Source of the DNA: Candidatus Bathyarchaeia archaeon
GTDB taxonomy: Archaea > Thermoproteota > Bathyarchaeia > Bathyarchaeales > Bathycorpusculaceae
NCBI GenBank assembly: GCA_038817565.1
Contig: JAWAZO010000001.1
Coordinates: forward strand, 1 to 59,756
Direction: 5' to 3'
DNA length: 59,756 nucleotides
Program-made: the position numbers and the translations under genes
Part shown: positions 1-8,079 of the stretch, piece after piece
Position numbering within the stretch: position 1 is the first letter of the stretch
Layout of the letters: each line of letters opens with the position of its first letter
The notes under the pieces: generated by a model
The model's database searches: none
What the model saw: only the letters and a program-made list of their open reading frames with translations
Told to the model about the DNA's origin: nothing

Positions 1-44
1 CTCGCGTCTAATTTCCCTATCGAGGAGCCAAGCCATGCTTGCCT

Positions 45-1019
45 CTAACCCTCTATTCTTTGGAGCCTTGTTATCTTATTACCTTTAAACTCTATTAAGA
101 AAGCCCTTAAAATTCCCTCTGCGTATTCGCTTCCCGGATTTACGCAGTAGGTTCTCCCAATTTTCATGGATCCAGCGGCCTCATGTATGTGCCCGTGAAG
201 CCCTAAGAAAGGCTGGTATTTTTCAATCATTTTCCTAACGGCCTTAGAGCCAACTGGAACCATAACAACGTTTCCGCTTTGGATTACCGGGTTTAAATTT
301 TTATCTAAAAGGGGGGCTTCGTCAAGTTTTGACTGGTATGGCGGAGCATGGAAGTTGAAAATAGCATTCTCAACATTTTTGATTTGGGAAATGTACTTTT
401 CAAGGCGTTCCTCAAGTTTTTCCTCTTCCTCCTCTCTGGAGGTTTTCCATGGGCTCGGATTCACCCAACCACAGCTAACCATTTCATGTGAATCGTCAAT
501 TTCTATGACTATTCCCTCCCCATTTATCACATGCTTGTGATTGTTCACTATTTCGTCAACAACAGGCCTATCATCGTTTCCTGGACAGACAACGACTCGT
601 GTTTCGCTTGGAACCTTCTGGGGGATTAGGTCAAGCCAACTCTTTATTGTTGAAGCCATGACCTTATGGAAAACTTCGTCAACCTTTTTGGGGTTCTTAA
701 CCATCTCCTCGTATTCATCTTCGTCCGTCAAGTAGGGGTAATAGCCTATACCCCTTATCTCTTTTAGGGCCTTCTCTATCTCGCTTTCATCTACCATGTG
801 AGTTCTTTTTAGATGGTAGTAGGAGTACTTGCCATCCTTGTGCTTAACAACCGGCACCAGCATTTTCCCTGTTAAGTCGCCGCCACAGATTGCCACATCA
901 ACCTTAAGCATGGCAGAAGCATTCAGAAACTTCCTCCAAACACCCTCAGAGCCATGCATATCAGTGGCAAAAAGAATCCTCGTCTCAACTTCTTTCTTCC
1001 TCTTAAATAGAAACGACAC
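45..1019 (-). CDS. Metallophosphoesterase (calcineurin-like)
   Basis: Ordered phosphoesterase motifs ATDMHG, GGDLTGK, PGNDD, FHAPP, GLHGHIH. Confidence 0.8.
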   Translation of the reverse strand: MSFLFKRKKEVETRILFATDMHGSEGVWRKFLNASAMLKVDVAICGGDLTGKMLVPVVKHKDGKYSYYHLKRTHMVDESEIEKALKEIRGIGYYPYLTDEDEYEEMVKNPKKVDEVFHKVMASTIKSWLDLIPQKVPSETRVVVCPGNDDRPVVDEIVNNHKHVINGEGIVIEIDDSHEMVSCGWVNPSPWKTSREEEEEKLEERLEKYISQIKNVENAIFNFHAPPYQSKLDEAPLLDKNLNPVIQSGNVVMVPVGSKAVRKMIEKYQPFLGLHGHIHEAAGSMKIGRTYCVNPGSEYAEGILRAFLIEFKGNKITRLQRIEG

Positions 1020-1142
1020 TTTAAACCATTCCCTTCAGCATTTCCATACTAGAATCATGAATCGCACTATTTAAATTTAGAGTTTATGGAAAGTTTTAAA
1101 TTAGGATTGAACTGAAATTAGATATCTGGGTGTTATAGAAAA

Positions 1143-2918
1143 ATGGCTTCAAGTAAGCCTGGACTTTTTGCTAGAGAAGCAACTGGCCTCGTGAGGGAGA
1201 TAGGCTTCACCTTAGGCGTCATCATAATCCTAAGCCACGTCATCGGCTTAGGCTGGCAAAAAAGAGCGTTCCAATTCACAGGACCAGTTCCAATGCCCAC
1301 TAACGAGATGCCCCTTGGTCTGCCAGCGATGTTCTGGGCTTTCCTTGTATGTGGAATCATCGTGTTGATCACTGGTTATGCTGCAGGCTATGTGGCGGCG
1401 GCCATGCCACGTTCAGGAGGTGGCTACGTTACAATCTCTAGAATTATACACCCATCGGTAGGCTATATTGCAGGATGGCTAATGTTCCTTGCAGAAGCGT
1501 TTTCTTATGGATTAATAGGAGTAGCAGTGTTCGAAGGAATATCAATATTTTATAACATAGCACTGGCGCCCACAACTATTCCATTTGGACCAGCTGAACT
1601 TTTCATAGGCGGAGTTGTAATAGTGTGGATTTTCGCTATAATCGCGTTGCTGGGAACCAAACTTTACGGTCGACTGATGGAGGTAATATTCTACATACCA
1701 GCTGTCATAACCATAATATTCTTTGCAATGTGGATTGCAGGCACAATGAACCCCGGCCTTGTCGGGGAAGGAGTCGAAAGTGTGATAGGCGTTACGCCTG
1801 GAAGAATTATGGATTTAGCCATCGCCGGTGGAATGTTGGAAGCAAAAACTGGCTTTTTCACAGCATTTTCAGTTGCGCTGGGCGGTGCATTTTGGGCTTA
1901 CATGGGCTGGTATGCAACAACATTTGTGGCTGGCGAGGTTAAAGAAGCAAACAAAAAACTTCCTCAAGTGCTTCTAGTTGCAGGACTAGTAATAATGGTA
2001 ATCTATTTGCTGGCTTCATCCCTATCAGCCGTAGCCACTATGAATGTAGAAAAGAGAACAGTAGGGGGAGATCAGTGGAGCTTCTACCAAGCATACTCGT
2101 TCTTAAGTTACGGTGATGTTAACTGGGCAGCGGTGTACGAATACGTTGGAGTTGACCCCAACGTTACAAAATACGGTGAAGGAAACTGGACGCATATAGC
2201 GCAAAGCACAAGATTCCCAGATCTTAAGAATATTAACTTCCAAAAGGCATGGAGCACAGGTATAGCCTCAATCATTGCGAGAGGCATGAATTTGGGGATC
2301 CTCTCGTGGTTAATTGCTTTGGGCGGTGTTCTCTGGATTGCTAACGACATTCCGCCATTCTTGCTTGTGGCTTCTAGGACGTTCTTCGCCATGTCCTTTG
2401 ACAGAATGATGCCTGAAAAGTTCGCCTATGTCAGCGAGAGATGGCATGCGCCAGTATGGTCAATAATAATAACTGCTATCTTCGCTATTCCAGCTTGTAT
2501 GGCTGAGGCAAACTTCCCAAAGGGAGCAGCTGACTACTTGGCATTTGCCGGAGTTGTAGGAACAGACATATTTGATGCGTTCTTCCTAACGCTGTTCTGT
2601 GTTTCATGCATGCTGCTTCCACTTGAGAGAAAGGAAATCTACGACCGTGCAGCCGTCAAACATTCAATCGGTGCGGTTGTAACCCTAGGGTTTATAGCAA
2701 CGTTGGGAGGGGCCTTCTGCTTCTACATCTTCATAAAAGAGTCGCCATGGATATGGTCCCTCTTCACAACAGGCGCTAAAATTGCAGATATTGTAAGTGC
2801 ATGTGGATTTTTCGGCTGCATAATAGTTGGCATTCTGCTGTACGTCTATTATATGTACAAGAACACCACTAGAGGCGTCGACATGCGCACCCTGTACCTC
2901 AGCATACCGCCAGAATAG
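1143..2918 (+). CDS. APC-superfamily amino acid/polyamine permease
   Basis: 591 aa, hydrophobic throughout with about 12 or more helix-length segments. General resemblance to APC permeases; family level only. Confidence 0.7.
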   Translation: MASSKPGLFAREATGLVREIGFTLGVIIILSHVIGLGWQKRAFQFTGPVPMPTNEMPLGLPAMFWAFLVCGIIVLITGYAAGYVAAAMPRSGGGYVTISRIIHPSVGYIAGWLMFLAEAFSYGLIGVAVFEGISIFYNIALAPTTIPFGPAELFIGGVVIVWIFAIIALLGTKLYGRLMEVIFYIPAVITIIFFAMWIAGTMNPGLVGEGVESVIGVTPGRIMDLAIAGGMLEAKTGFFTAFSVALGGAFWAYMGWYATTFVAGEVKEANKKLPQVLLVAGLVIMVIYLLASSLSAVATMNVEKRTVGGDQWSFYQAYSFLSYGDVNWAAVYEYVGVDPNVTKYGEGNWTHIAQSTRFPDLKNINFQKAWSTGIASIIARGMNLGILSWLIALGGVLWIANDIPPFLLVASRTFFAMSFDRMMPEKFAYVSERWHAPVWSIIITAIFAIPACMAEANFPKGAADYLAFAGVVGTDIFDAFFLTLFCVSCMLLPLERKEIYDRAAVKHSIGAVVTLGFIATLGGAFCFYIFIKESPWIWSLFTTGAKIADIVSACGFFGCIIVGILLYVYYMYKNTTRGVDMRTLYLSIPPE

Positions 2919-2972
2919 CCTTAAATACCCTCCTTTTTATTTTTAAACTCGCAAAGAAATGGTGTTTTAAAC

Positions 2973-3875
2973 GTGTATGAGTTGAATTTCGCCGTCGACA
3001 TGATAGAAGAGCAGCTGGTAAGAGGAAACCTAAGATGGCTCGCCAACTTCAGCGAAATCCACAAGGATTACACAATCGGTGATGTAACATTCCCCCTATA
3101 CGCTTCTGGAGGCTTGCAAGAGAAAGGATTCTTCCTCTCAAGAATCTTTTCAGCTCTAGTTACACCCAGATACAAAATTCACCTACTAATCTACACAGAG
3201 CAAAACTTCGACCCAAAACTCATTAGAAAATTGGTTTTAACCTGCAAAAACAAGTTTGGCTCTGAAGACTGGATTTTTCTAGGACTCGTTCAAAAGGAAA
3301 CCTTCCAAAAGGCAACAAAAGAGGCCATTGCAAACACAGCTGACAAAAATGTAGGCATAGTTGCCTACAGTCTAGCATCAAAGGAAAGGGTGACCTCTGA
3401 AAACGTTTTAGGTAAAGGCTTGGCAAAACAGCTAAAACTAACAGAGGCTAAGTTTGAGGCTTTTGACCTACCAAACTATTTGAAAAGTTTCACGATAACA
3501 TTCTTTCTCATCGTGTTATTCCTCGTTTTCCTAACGTTTTCTGGCATACAAAACATCGTCAATCCTCTATCCATATTAATTGCAATTACAGTTTCCCTTA
3601 TTGTTGGCCACAGCCTCTACAAAAATCGCTACCACACAATACTTTCTATAGACAGTAAAGGCTTCCAAATTTGGGAAGGCAAAACCGTAAAGGAAGGGAG
3701 ATGGGTCGACTTCTCAGATGTAGCTATCCACATAACACCGAAGCGTGAAACATGCTTAAGGCTTTACTCAAAAAATGGCACCTTTGACCTGCCACTTTCA
3801 AGAACTGGACTATCAAGAAAAGAAACATACACAATAATTAAGCAGTTAATAAAAGAGGGTAAGGCTACTCAATAA
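2973..3875 (+). CDS. Hypothetical membrane protein (soluble N-domain, 2 TM, small C-terminal domain)
   Basis: Long ORF with GTG start. Two adjacent TM segments (FTITFFLIVLFLVFLTF, LSILIAITVSLIVGHSL). No recognisable catalytic motif. Confidence 0.5.
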   Translation: MYELNFAVDMIEEQLVRGNLRWLANFSEIHKDYTIGDVTFPLYASGGLQEKGFFLSRIFSALVTPRYKIHLLIYTEQNFDPKLIRKLVLTCKNKFGSEDWIFLGLVQKETFQKATKEAIANTADKNVGIVAYSLASKERVTSENVLGKGLAKQLKLTEAKFEAFDLPNYLKSFTITFFLIVLFLVFLTFSGIQNIVNPLSILIAITVSLIVGHSLYKNRYHTILSIDSKGFQIWEGKTVKEGRWVDFSDVAIHITPKRETCLRLYSKNGTFDLPLSRTGLSRKETYTIIKQLIKEGKATQ

Positions 3876-4986
3876 TTGGGGTTTCCACAGCCGTGTTCCA
3901 CCATGGTTTATCCCACTTTTTGTCAATAACAGGCAACACCTTAAGGAGCTCTTGTATTCTATAGGTGACTATTGAAACCTCACTTTTAGACATCCACTTT
4001 TTGAGGACGTCAGTTTTCTCCACCAAGTTTTTAAGGTTCAACGTGACTGTTAGGGCAAGCTTCCTATCCTTCTCCAAAATGCGCCTCATTTTCTGCGCGT
4101 CTATCTTTTCGGCTCCAACTCCAATTTCATGATCCAAGAATATGGCACACACGTCCTTAACGTCTTTCTCCTCCATTCCAACAATAATCTTATCCTTTGC
4201 ATAATATGGATATGAAAGAATCCTATAATCACATTCACATTTTTTCAATTCCTCAGCGCACTCTTTTGGCATGTCAAGAATAAACTGAGCCTTTGAAATT
4301 ATGAGGTTCTCTAAGCCAATAGTGTAAAGGTTTTCTTTATAGTTTGGGAAGACCTCTCGAACATCAACCCTATGCCTCAAATCGATAACGTCGCAGAACA
4401 AATCCAAAACAGTTATTTTTGGCAGCCCCTCAGGGGTCACGTCATTAATTGTTGTTAGCCTGTATCTCTCGCCATGCCTCCACGCATTAAACCGCCTGTC
4501 ATTCGCCGTTGCAAAAGACTTGTATTGTGTGCCAAAAGCCCTATCCATTTTTAAAAGAAGCTTGTAGAAGTCAACTCCCTGTTTTTTCGGAACAATAAAA
4601 TCCGTGTCCTTAATCGGCCTTTCAAGCGAGCCGCCGGCATTAGCGCTTGGACAATGAATCTTTACAGCTGCACCGCCAAACAACAGCGCTGGAATGGGAT
4701 TTTTACTCGCAACCTTTTCAAAGGCGTTTGGGTAAAGCTCATGAAGCTTCGGCGCGTTCACAGCCGCCCAAAGCACAACCATAGCGCTCTTCATTGGAAA
4801 ATAACTCAAATCTATGTAGGATGGTAAACCTAAAGCATCCCTCAGCTCCTTAACATCTACATAAGAAGTTAATGGCAAATCAACCTCATAGGTGGTTCCA
4901 TCTAAATCCCTATACAAAACAAACTTACCCTTAGGACCAACAACACCTTCTTCGCTCAAATCTCCATCACATTTACTCCATTTCAA
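3865..4986 (-). CDS. Nucleotidyltransferase-fold protein, function unknown
   Basis: LFGGAAVKIH...IKDTDFIV fits the minimal pol-beta-type NTase signature hG[GS]-x(9-13)-D-h-[DE]-h. The 3' end overlaps the convergent gene by 11 nt. Confidence 0.5.
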   Translation of the reverse strand: MKWSKCDGDLSEEGVVGPKGKFVLYRDLDGTTYEVDLPLTSYVDVKELRDALGLPSYIDLSYFPMKSAMVVLWAAVNAPKLHELYPNAFEKVASKNPIPALLFGGAAVKIHCPSANAGGSLERPIKDTDFIVPKKQGVDFYKLLLKMDRAFGTQYKSFATANDRRFNAWRHGERYRLTTINDVTPEGLPKITVLDLFCDVIDLRHRVDVREVFPNYKENLYTIGLENLIISKAQFILDMPKECAEELKKCECDYRILSYPYYAKDKIIVGMEEKDVKDVCAIFLDHEIGVGAEKIDAQKMRRILEKDRKLALTVTLNLKNLVEKTDVLKKWMSKSEVSIVTYRIQELLKVLPVIDKKWDKPWWNTAVETPIIE

Positions 4987-5108
4987 ACACTAGGAAACCA
5001 CTAATAAGCTTTGCAAGACAGAAAAATAAGCATTATTCTAAACAAAACAGAATAATACATATATCCAAATTTTCAATAAATTCCTAATGCCGGATAAAAC
5101 ACTAAGAA

Positions 5109-5285
5109 GGGGCCGTAGTCTAGGCAGGTATGACGACGGGCTCCAGAACAAAACCAAACGGGTTTGCGGACCGCCACGCGGAATGAAGAAGTTCTGGAGC
5201 GGTCATAAGTAGAGAAACCCGTAGAAACAGCCGCAAAGGCTGTTTCGGGGAGAGGTCGTCGGTTCAAATCCGGCCGGCCCCACCA
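5109..5285 (+). tRNA. tRNA-Trp (anticodon CCA) with two introns
   Basis: Hand-folded cloverleaf. Acceptor GGGGCCG/CGGCCCC, D arm GTCT-AGGCAGGTA-TGAC, anticodon arm ACGGG-CTCCAGA-CCCGT, variable AGGTC, T arm GTCGG-TTCAAAT-CCGGC, discriminator A, encoded CCA. Requires removal of 5147-5216 (canonical 37/38) and 5223-5252 (43/44). AT-rich TATA-like CAATAAATT lies about 30 nt upstream. Confidence 0.8.
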
Positions 5286-5395
5286 CTAAAAAAGAACGAA
5301 AAGAGGCTATAAGCTCATATCTGGGCTGTCTTTTGTATGGCGAGGCGTAACACTTTTAACCTTTATTGTTCTTTTCTAGTTTGTGGATGGTTTGA

Positions 5396-6094
5396 ATGAG
5401 GAAGTTTTGGTGTTTGGCTCTAGTCGTTCTGGTTTCGCTATCCGTCTCTTCGATGTTGCATCTGGTGGCCTTTGCTGAAGCGCCAACCCACTTAATGGTT
5501 GTTGAGTGGTATGGTCGTGGCCGTGGGCGTGTGATTCTCGCTGAAATACCCGCTGAAGACAATTCTATGGAAAATCCGGATTACAAACTGTTGCCCTGCT
5601 ATTGGCATACCACGATAAAGTATTGGATTAATCCGAAGAACAGTTATGGCTTTCCGACAATGGCTGTTGTTAGCACCATAATGGCTGCGGCAAATGCGTG
5701 GGATATGCAGACGAGTTTCGTCCTTTTCGCTTATCAAGGCACAACACGTAAGAGTGCCGGAGTACGCGACGGCTACAACGTTATTGCTTGGGGACTATAT
5801 TCAAATCTAAACGTGATTGCGGTTACATACATATGGTATTCCGGCGATAGGATAGTTGAAACTGACACACGGATGAACACGCGTTTCCAGTGGAGTTTAA
5901 GTGGTGAGGCAGGCAAAATGGATGTGCAAAATATTATGACGCATGAGTTTGGCCACTGGTGCGGCCTAGCCGACTTGTATGATGATGTGGACTACTGGTT
6001 GACGATGTATGGCTATTCAAGTTATGGAGAAACATACAAGCGGACGCTTGGACTAGGCGACATCCTCGGATTACAAGCAAGATACGGCCAGTAA
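5396..6094 (+). CDS. Secreted zinc metalloprotease (metzincin-like, HExxHxxGxxD)
   Basis: N-terminal signal-like segment MRKFWCLALVVLVSLSVSS...AFA. Zinc site HEFGHWCGLAD with Asp as third ligand, as in snapalysin-type enzymes. Confidence 0.7.
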   Translation: MRKFWCLALVVLVSLSVSSMLHLVAFAEAPTHLMVVEWYGRGRGRVILAEIPAEDNSMENPDYKLLPCYWHTTIKYWINPKNSYGFPTMAVVSTIMAAANAWDMQTSFVLFAYQGTTRKSAGVRDGYNVIAWGLYSNLNVIAVTYIWYSGDRIVETDTRMNTRFQWSLSGEAGKMDVQNIMTHEFGHWCGLADLYDDVDYWLTMYGYSSYGETYKRTLGLGDILGLQARYGQ

Positions 6095-6198
6095 CTCTTA
6101 CTTCTTTCTGAACTGGCAATTATACTAATAAATCTTATATTACCCTCTAAGAAGGTGAGAAACAGAAAATTTCGGGAACCAGGGTTTTCAATGCGCTT

Positions 6199-6465
6199 TT
6201 ATTCTTCTGTTGCTTCGGCTTCTACAACTTTAGCTTCGGCGAATCTTCGGCTTATCCTCGTTATCTTTATTTTGACGTGGTCGCCGGGCTTTGTGTTTGG
6301 TATGAAAGTTACTAGTCCTTGGATTCTGGCTATTCCTTCGCCTCTTCGGCTTGTTTCTGTAACGTCCACCTCATATTCTTTGCCCAGCTCAACTGGTTTT
6401 GGCGGAAAACGTCTTGGACCTTTTCCGAACTCTCTTCTTCCGCCGAACCTTCTTCTTTCTTCCAT
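6199..6465 (-). CDS. TRAM-domain RNA-binding protein with Arg-rich N-terminus
   Basis: C-terminal TRAM core YEVDVTETSRRGEGIARIQGLVTFIPNTKPGDHVKIKI. N-terminus RRRFGGRREFGKGPRRF. Confidence 0.8.
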   Translation of the reverse strand: MEERRRFGGRREFGKGPRRFPPKPVELGKEYEVDVTETSRRGEGIARIQGLVTFIPNTKPGDHVKIKITRISRRFAEAKVVEAEATEE

Positions 6466-6501
6466 ACGTTTTCACCTCTTCCTGGTTAATTGTTCCGCGT
6501 G

Positions 6502-6801
6502 CTATTCAACTGTTAATTTTCCGTATTTTCCAACGTTCAGCTGGATTTCTCCCTTGAAGCTCGTTATGTAGCCGTTTTCCACTTTGACAGTGTCGTTGAC
6601 GTTTACCTGGTTTATTTGGTCGTTCCATAGGGTTAGCTTTATAGCGCCGGTTTCGTCTGCTATTATGGCTGTTGCCACTTTGTGGGTTGTGTCGCTGAAT
6701 CTGGATAGAACTTCGCGTGGAGCTGATTTTTCTATGACTTTGGCTTCAATGTTTACTCGTTTCATTCCGTTTCGCAGTTCCTTAATCTTCAATTTCACCA
6801 T
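6502..6801 (-). CDS. ssb: Single OB-fold ssDNA-binding protein (crenarchaeal SSB type, tail-less)
   Basis: AIIADETGAIKLTLWNDQ...VKVENGYITSFKGEIQLNVGKYGKL parallels the Sulfolobus SSB OB core (GDETGRVKLTLW...IENAWTTAFKGQVQLN). Only 99 aa, with no C-terminal tail. Confidence 0.7.
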   Translation of the reverse strand: MVKLKIKELRNGMKRVNIEAKVIEKSAPREVLSRFSDTTHKVATAIIADETGAIKLTLWNDQINQVNVNDTVKVENGYITSFKGEIQLNVGKYGKLTVE

Positions 6802-6806
6802 CCCTT

Positions 6807-7091
6807 TTAGGCTATTCTCTCCGCGACGGCGAATTTTCCTCCAACTGAGACGATGCGCACTCTTACGCGTTCGCCTATCTTGCTGTTTGGAACGAAAATA
6901 AGGTAGCCTTGAATTCGGGCTATGCCGTCTCCTCTGCTTCCAATGTCGTCTATAACAACTTCTAGTTCCTGATTTTCCTTGACTGGCGTTGTTTGGAAAA
7001 GTGGTCTGCCGGGGTTGAAGCGTCTACTACTTCCAAACCTTCTCGGTTTTCTCTGTATATTTTTTGTTTTTTCCGGAAGCCTTCTTGGCAT
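6807..7091 (-). CDS. TRAM-domain RNA-binding protein with Arg-rich N-terminus (paralog)
   Basis: TRAM core LEVVIDDIGSRGDGIARIQGYLIFVPNSKIGERVRVRI. N-terminus KPRRFGSSRRFNPGRP. Confidence 0.8.
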   Translation of the reverse strand: MPRRLPEKTKNIQRKPRRFGSSRRFNPGRPLFQTTPVKENQELEVVIDDIGSRGDGIARIQGYLIFVPNSKIGERVRVRIVSVGGKFAVAERIA

Positions 7092-7333
7092 ATTGTTTTT
7101 TCGTCCTTATCGCGGAACCAGCCTCAAAGCCAAAAACTCAAGTGTCCCACTATTGCTGAACACTGAGTTTCTAGCAGAGGCTAGTTACATCACAAACAGC
7201 AACCACACATATAAATCTTGCTAGATACCCAGCAATATTCGATGTTTAGTTAGGAAACCTTTGAAAGAGCAAATGGTATATAGGGTCTTTTATTATTTGC
7301 TATGATACAAACAATGAGCAATGAGGACCAGAT

Positions 7334-8068
7334 TTGTCGGAAAAAAACCAGCAGAAACCGATAATTCAGCTGTTAGACGTTTACAAGGAGTACAGGGTTG
7401 GAACTGTTTCAACCATGGCTTTAAAGAATGTTAGCTTTCAAATTTTTAGGGGGCAACTGATCGCCATAATGGGGCCTTCGGGTTCAGGGAAGACAACGCT
7501 CCTCAATATGATAGGGCTTCTGGACAGACCTACAAAGGGCAAAATCTTCTTCGACGGATTTGACGTTTCAAGACTTGACGACAAAACATTAGCTAATTTA
7601 CGGAACACAAAGCTCGGCTTTGTTTTCCAAACTTTCAATCTGGTGAACAGATTAAGCGTTTTTGAAAACATTGAGTTGCCCCTCATACCTCGCGGAATCC
7701 CAAGAAGTGTCAGAGCAAAAATGGTTTTAGACGCCATAAAAAAGGTCGGTGGTGACGAGAGCTGGCTTCAAAAAAAGCCCAACCAGCTTTCCGGTGGACA
7801 GCAGCAGCGGGTGGCAATTGCAAGAGCCATTGTTGGAAAACCCATTGTTTTGTTAGCTGATGAACCAACAGGGAATTTGGACAGAGCCTCAGCAAAAATT
7901 GTTGTCGAAACGTTTCTAAACTTGAATAAGGCTGGGCACACCATAGTCGTTGTTACACACGACCCTGAAGTGGCAAACTGTATGGAAAAAATATATGTTA
8001 TAAGAGATGGAGAGATCGTGGGAGAGTTTATGCCTAATAAGGCAGAATCCCTTATTAGCAAGACGTAA
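7334..8068 (+). CDS. ABC transporter ATP-binding protein (MacB/LolD type)
   Basis: Walker A GPSGSGKT, signature LSGGQQQR, Walker B LLADEPT, H-loop VTHD. TTG start. Confidence 0.85.
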   Translation: MSEKNQQKPIIQLLDVYKEYRVGTVSTMALKNVSFQIFRGQLIAIMGPSGSGKTTLLNMIGLLDRPTKGKIFFDGFDVSRLDDKTLANLRNTKLGFVFQTFNLVNRLSVFENIELPLIPRGIPRSVRAKMVLDAIKKVGGDESWLQKKPNQLSGGQQQRVAIARAIVGKPIVLLADEPTGNLDRASAKIVVETFLNLNKAGHTIVVVTHDPEVANCMEKIYVIRDGEIVGEFMPNKAESLISKT

Positions 8069-8079
8069 ACTTCGCTAAG

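Noticed and set aside
5073-5267. 64-aa minus-strand ORF in the track
   Set aside because: It lies entirely antisense to the tRNA-Trp gene and its introns. It is a GC-rich RNA-gene shadow, not a CDS.
6544-6553. GATTTCTCCC, a 10-nt match to the complement of the sequence preceding the orphan tRNA fragment (possible split-tRNA partner)
   Set aside because: It lies inside the ssb coding region with no tRNA-like 5' half next to it. Most likely coincidence.
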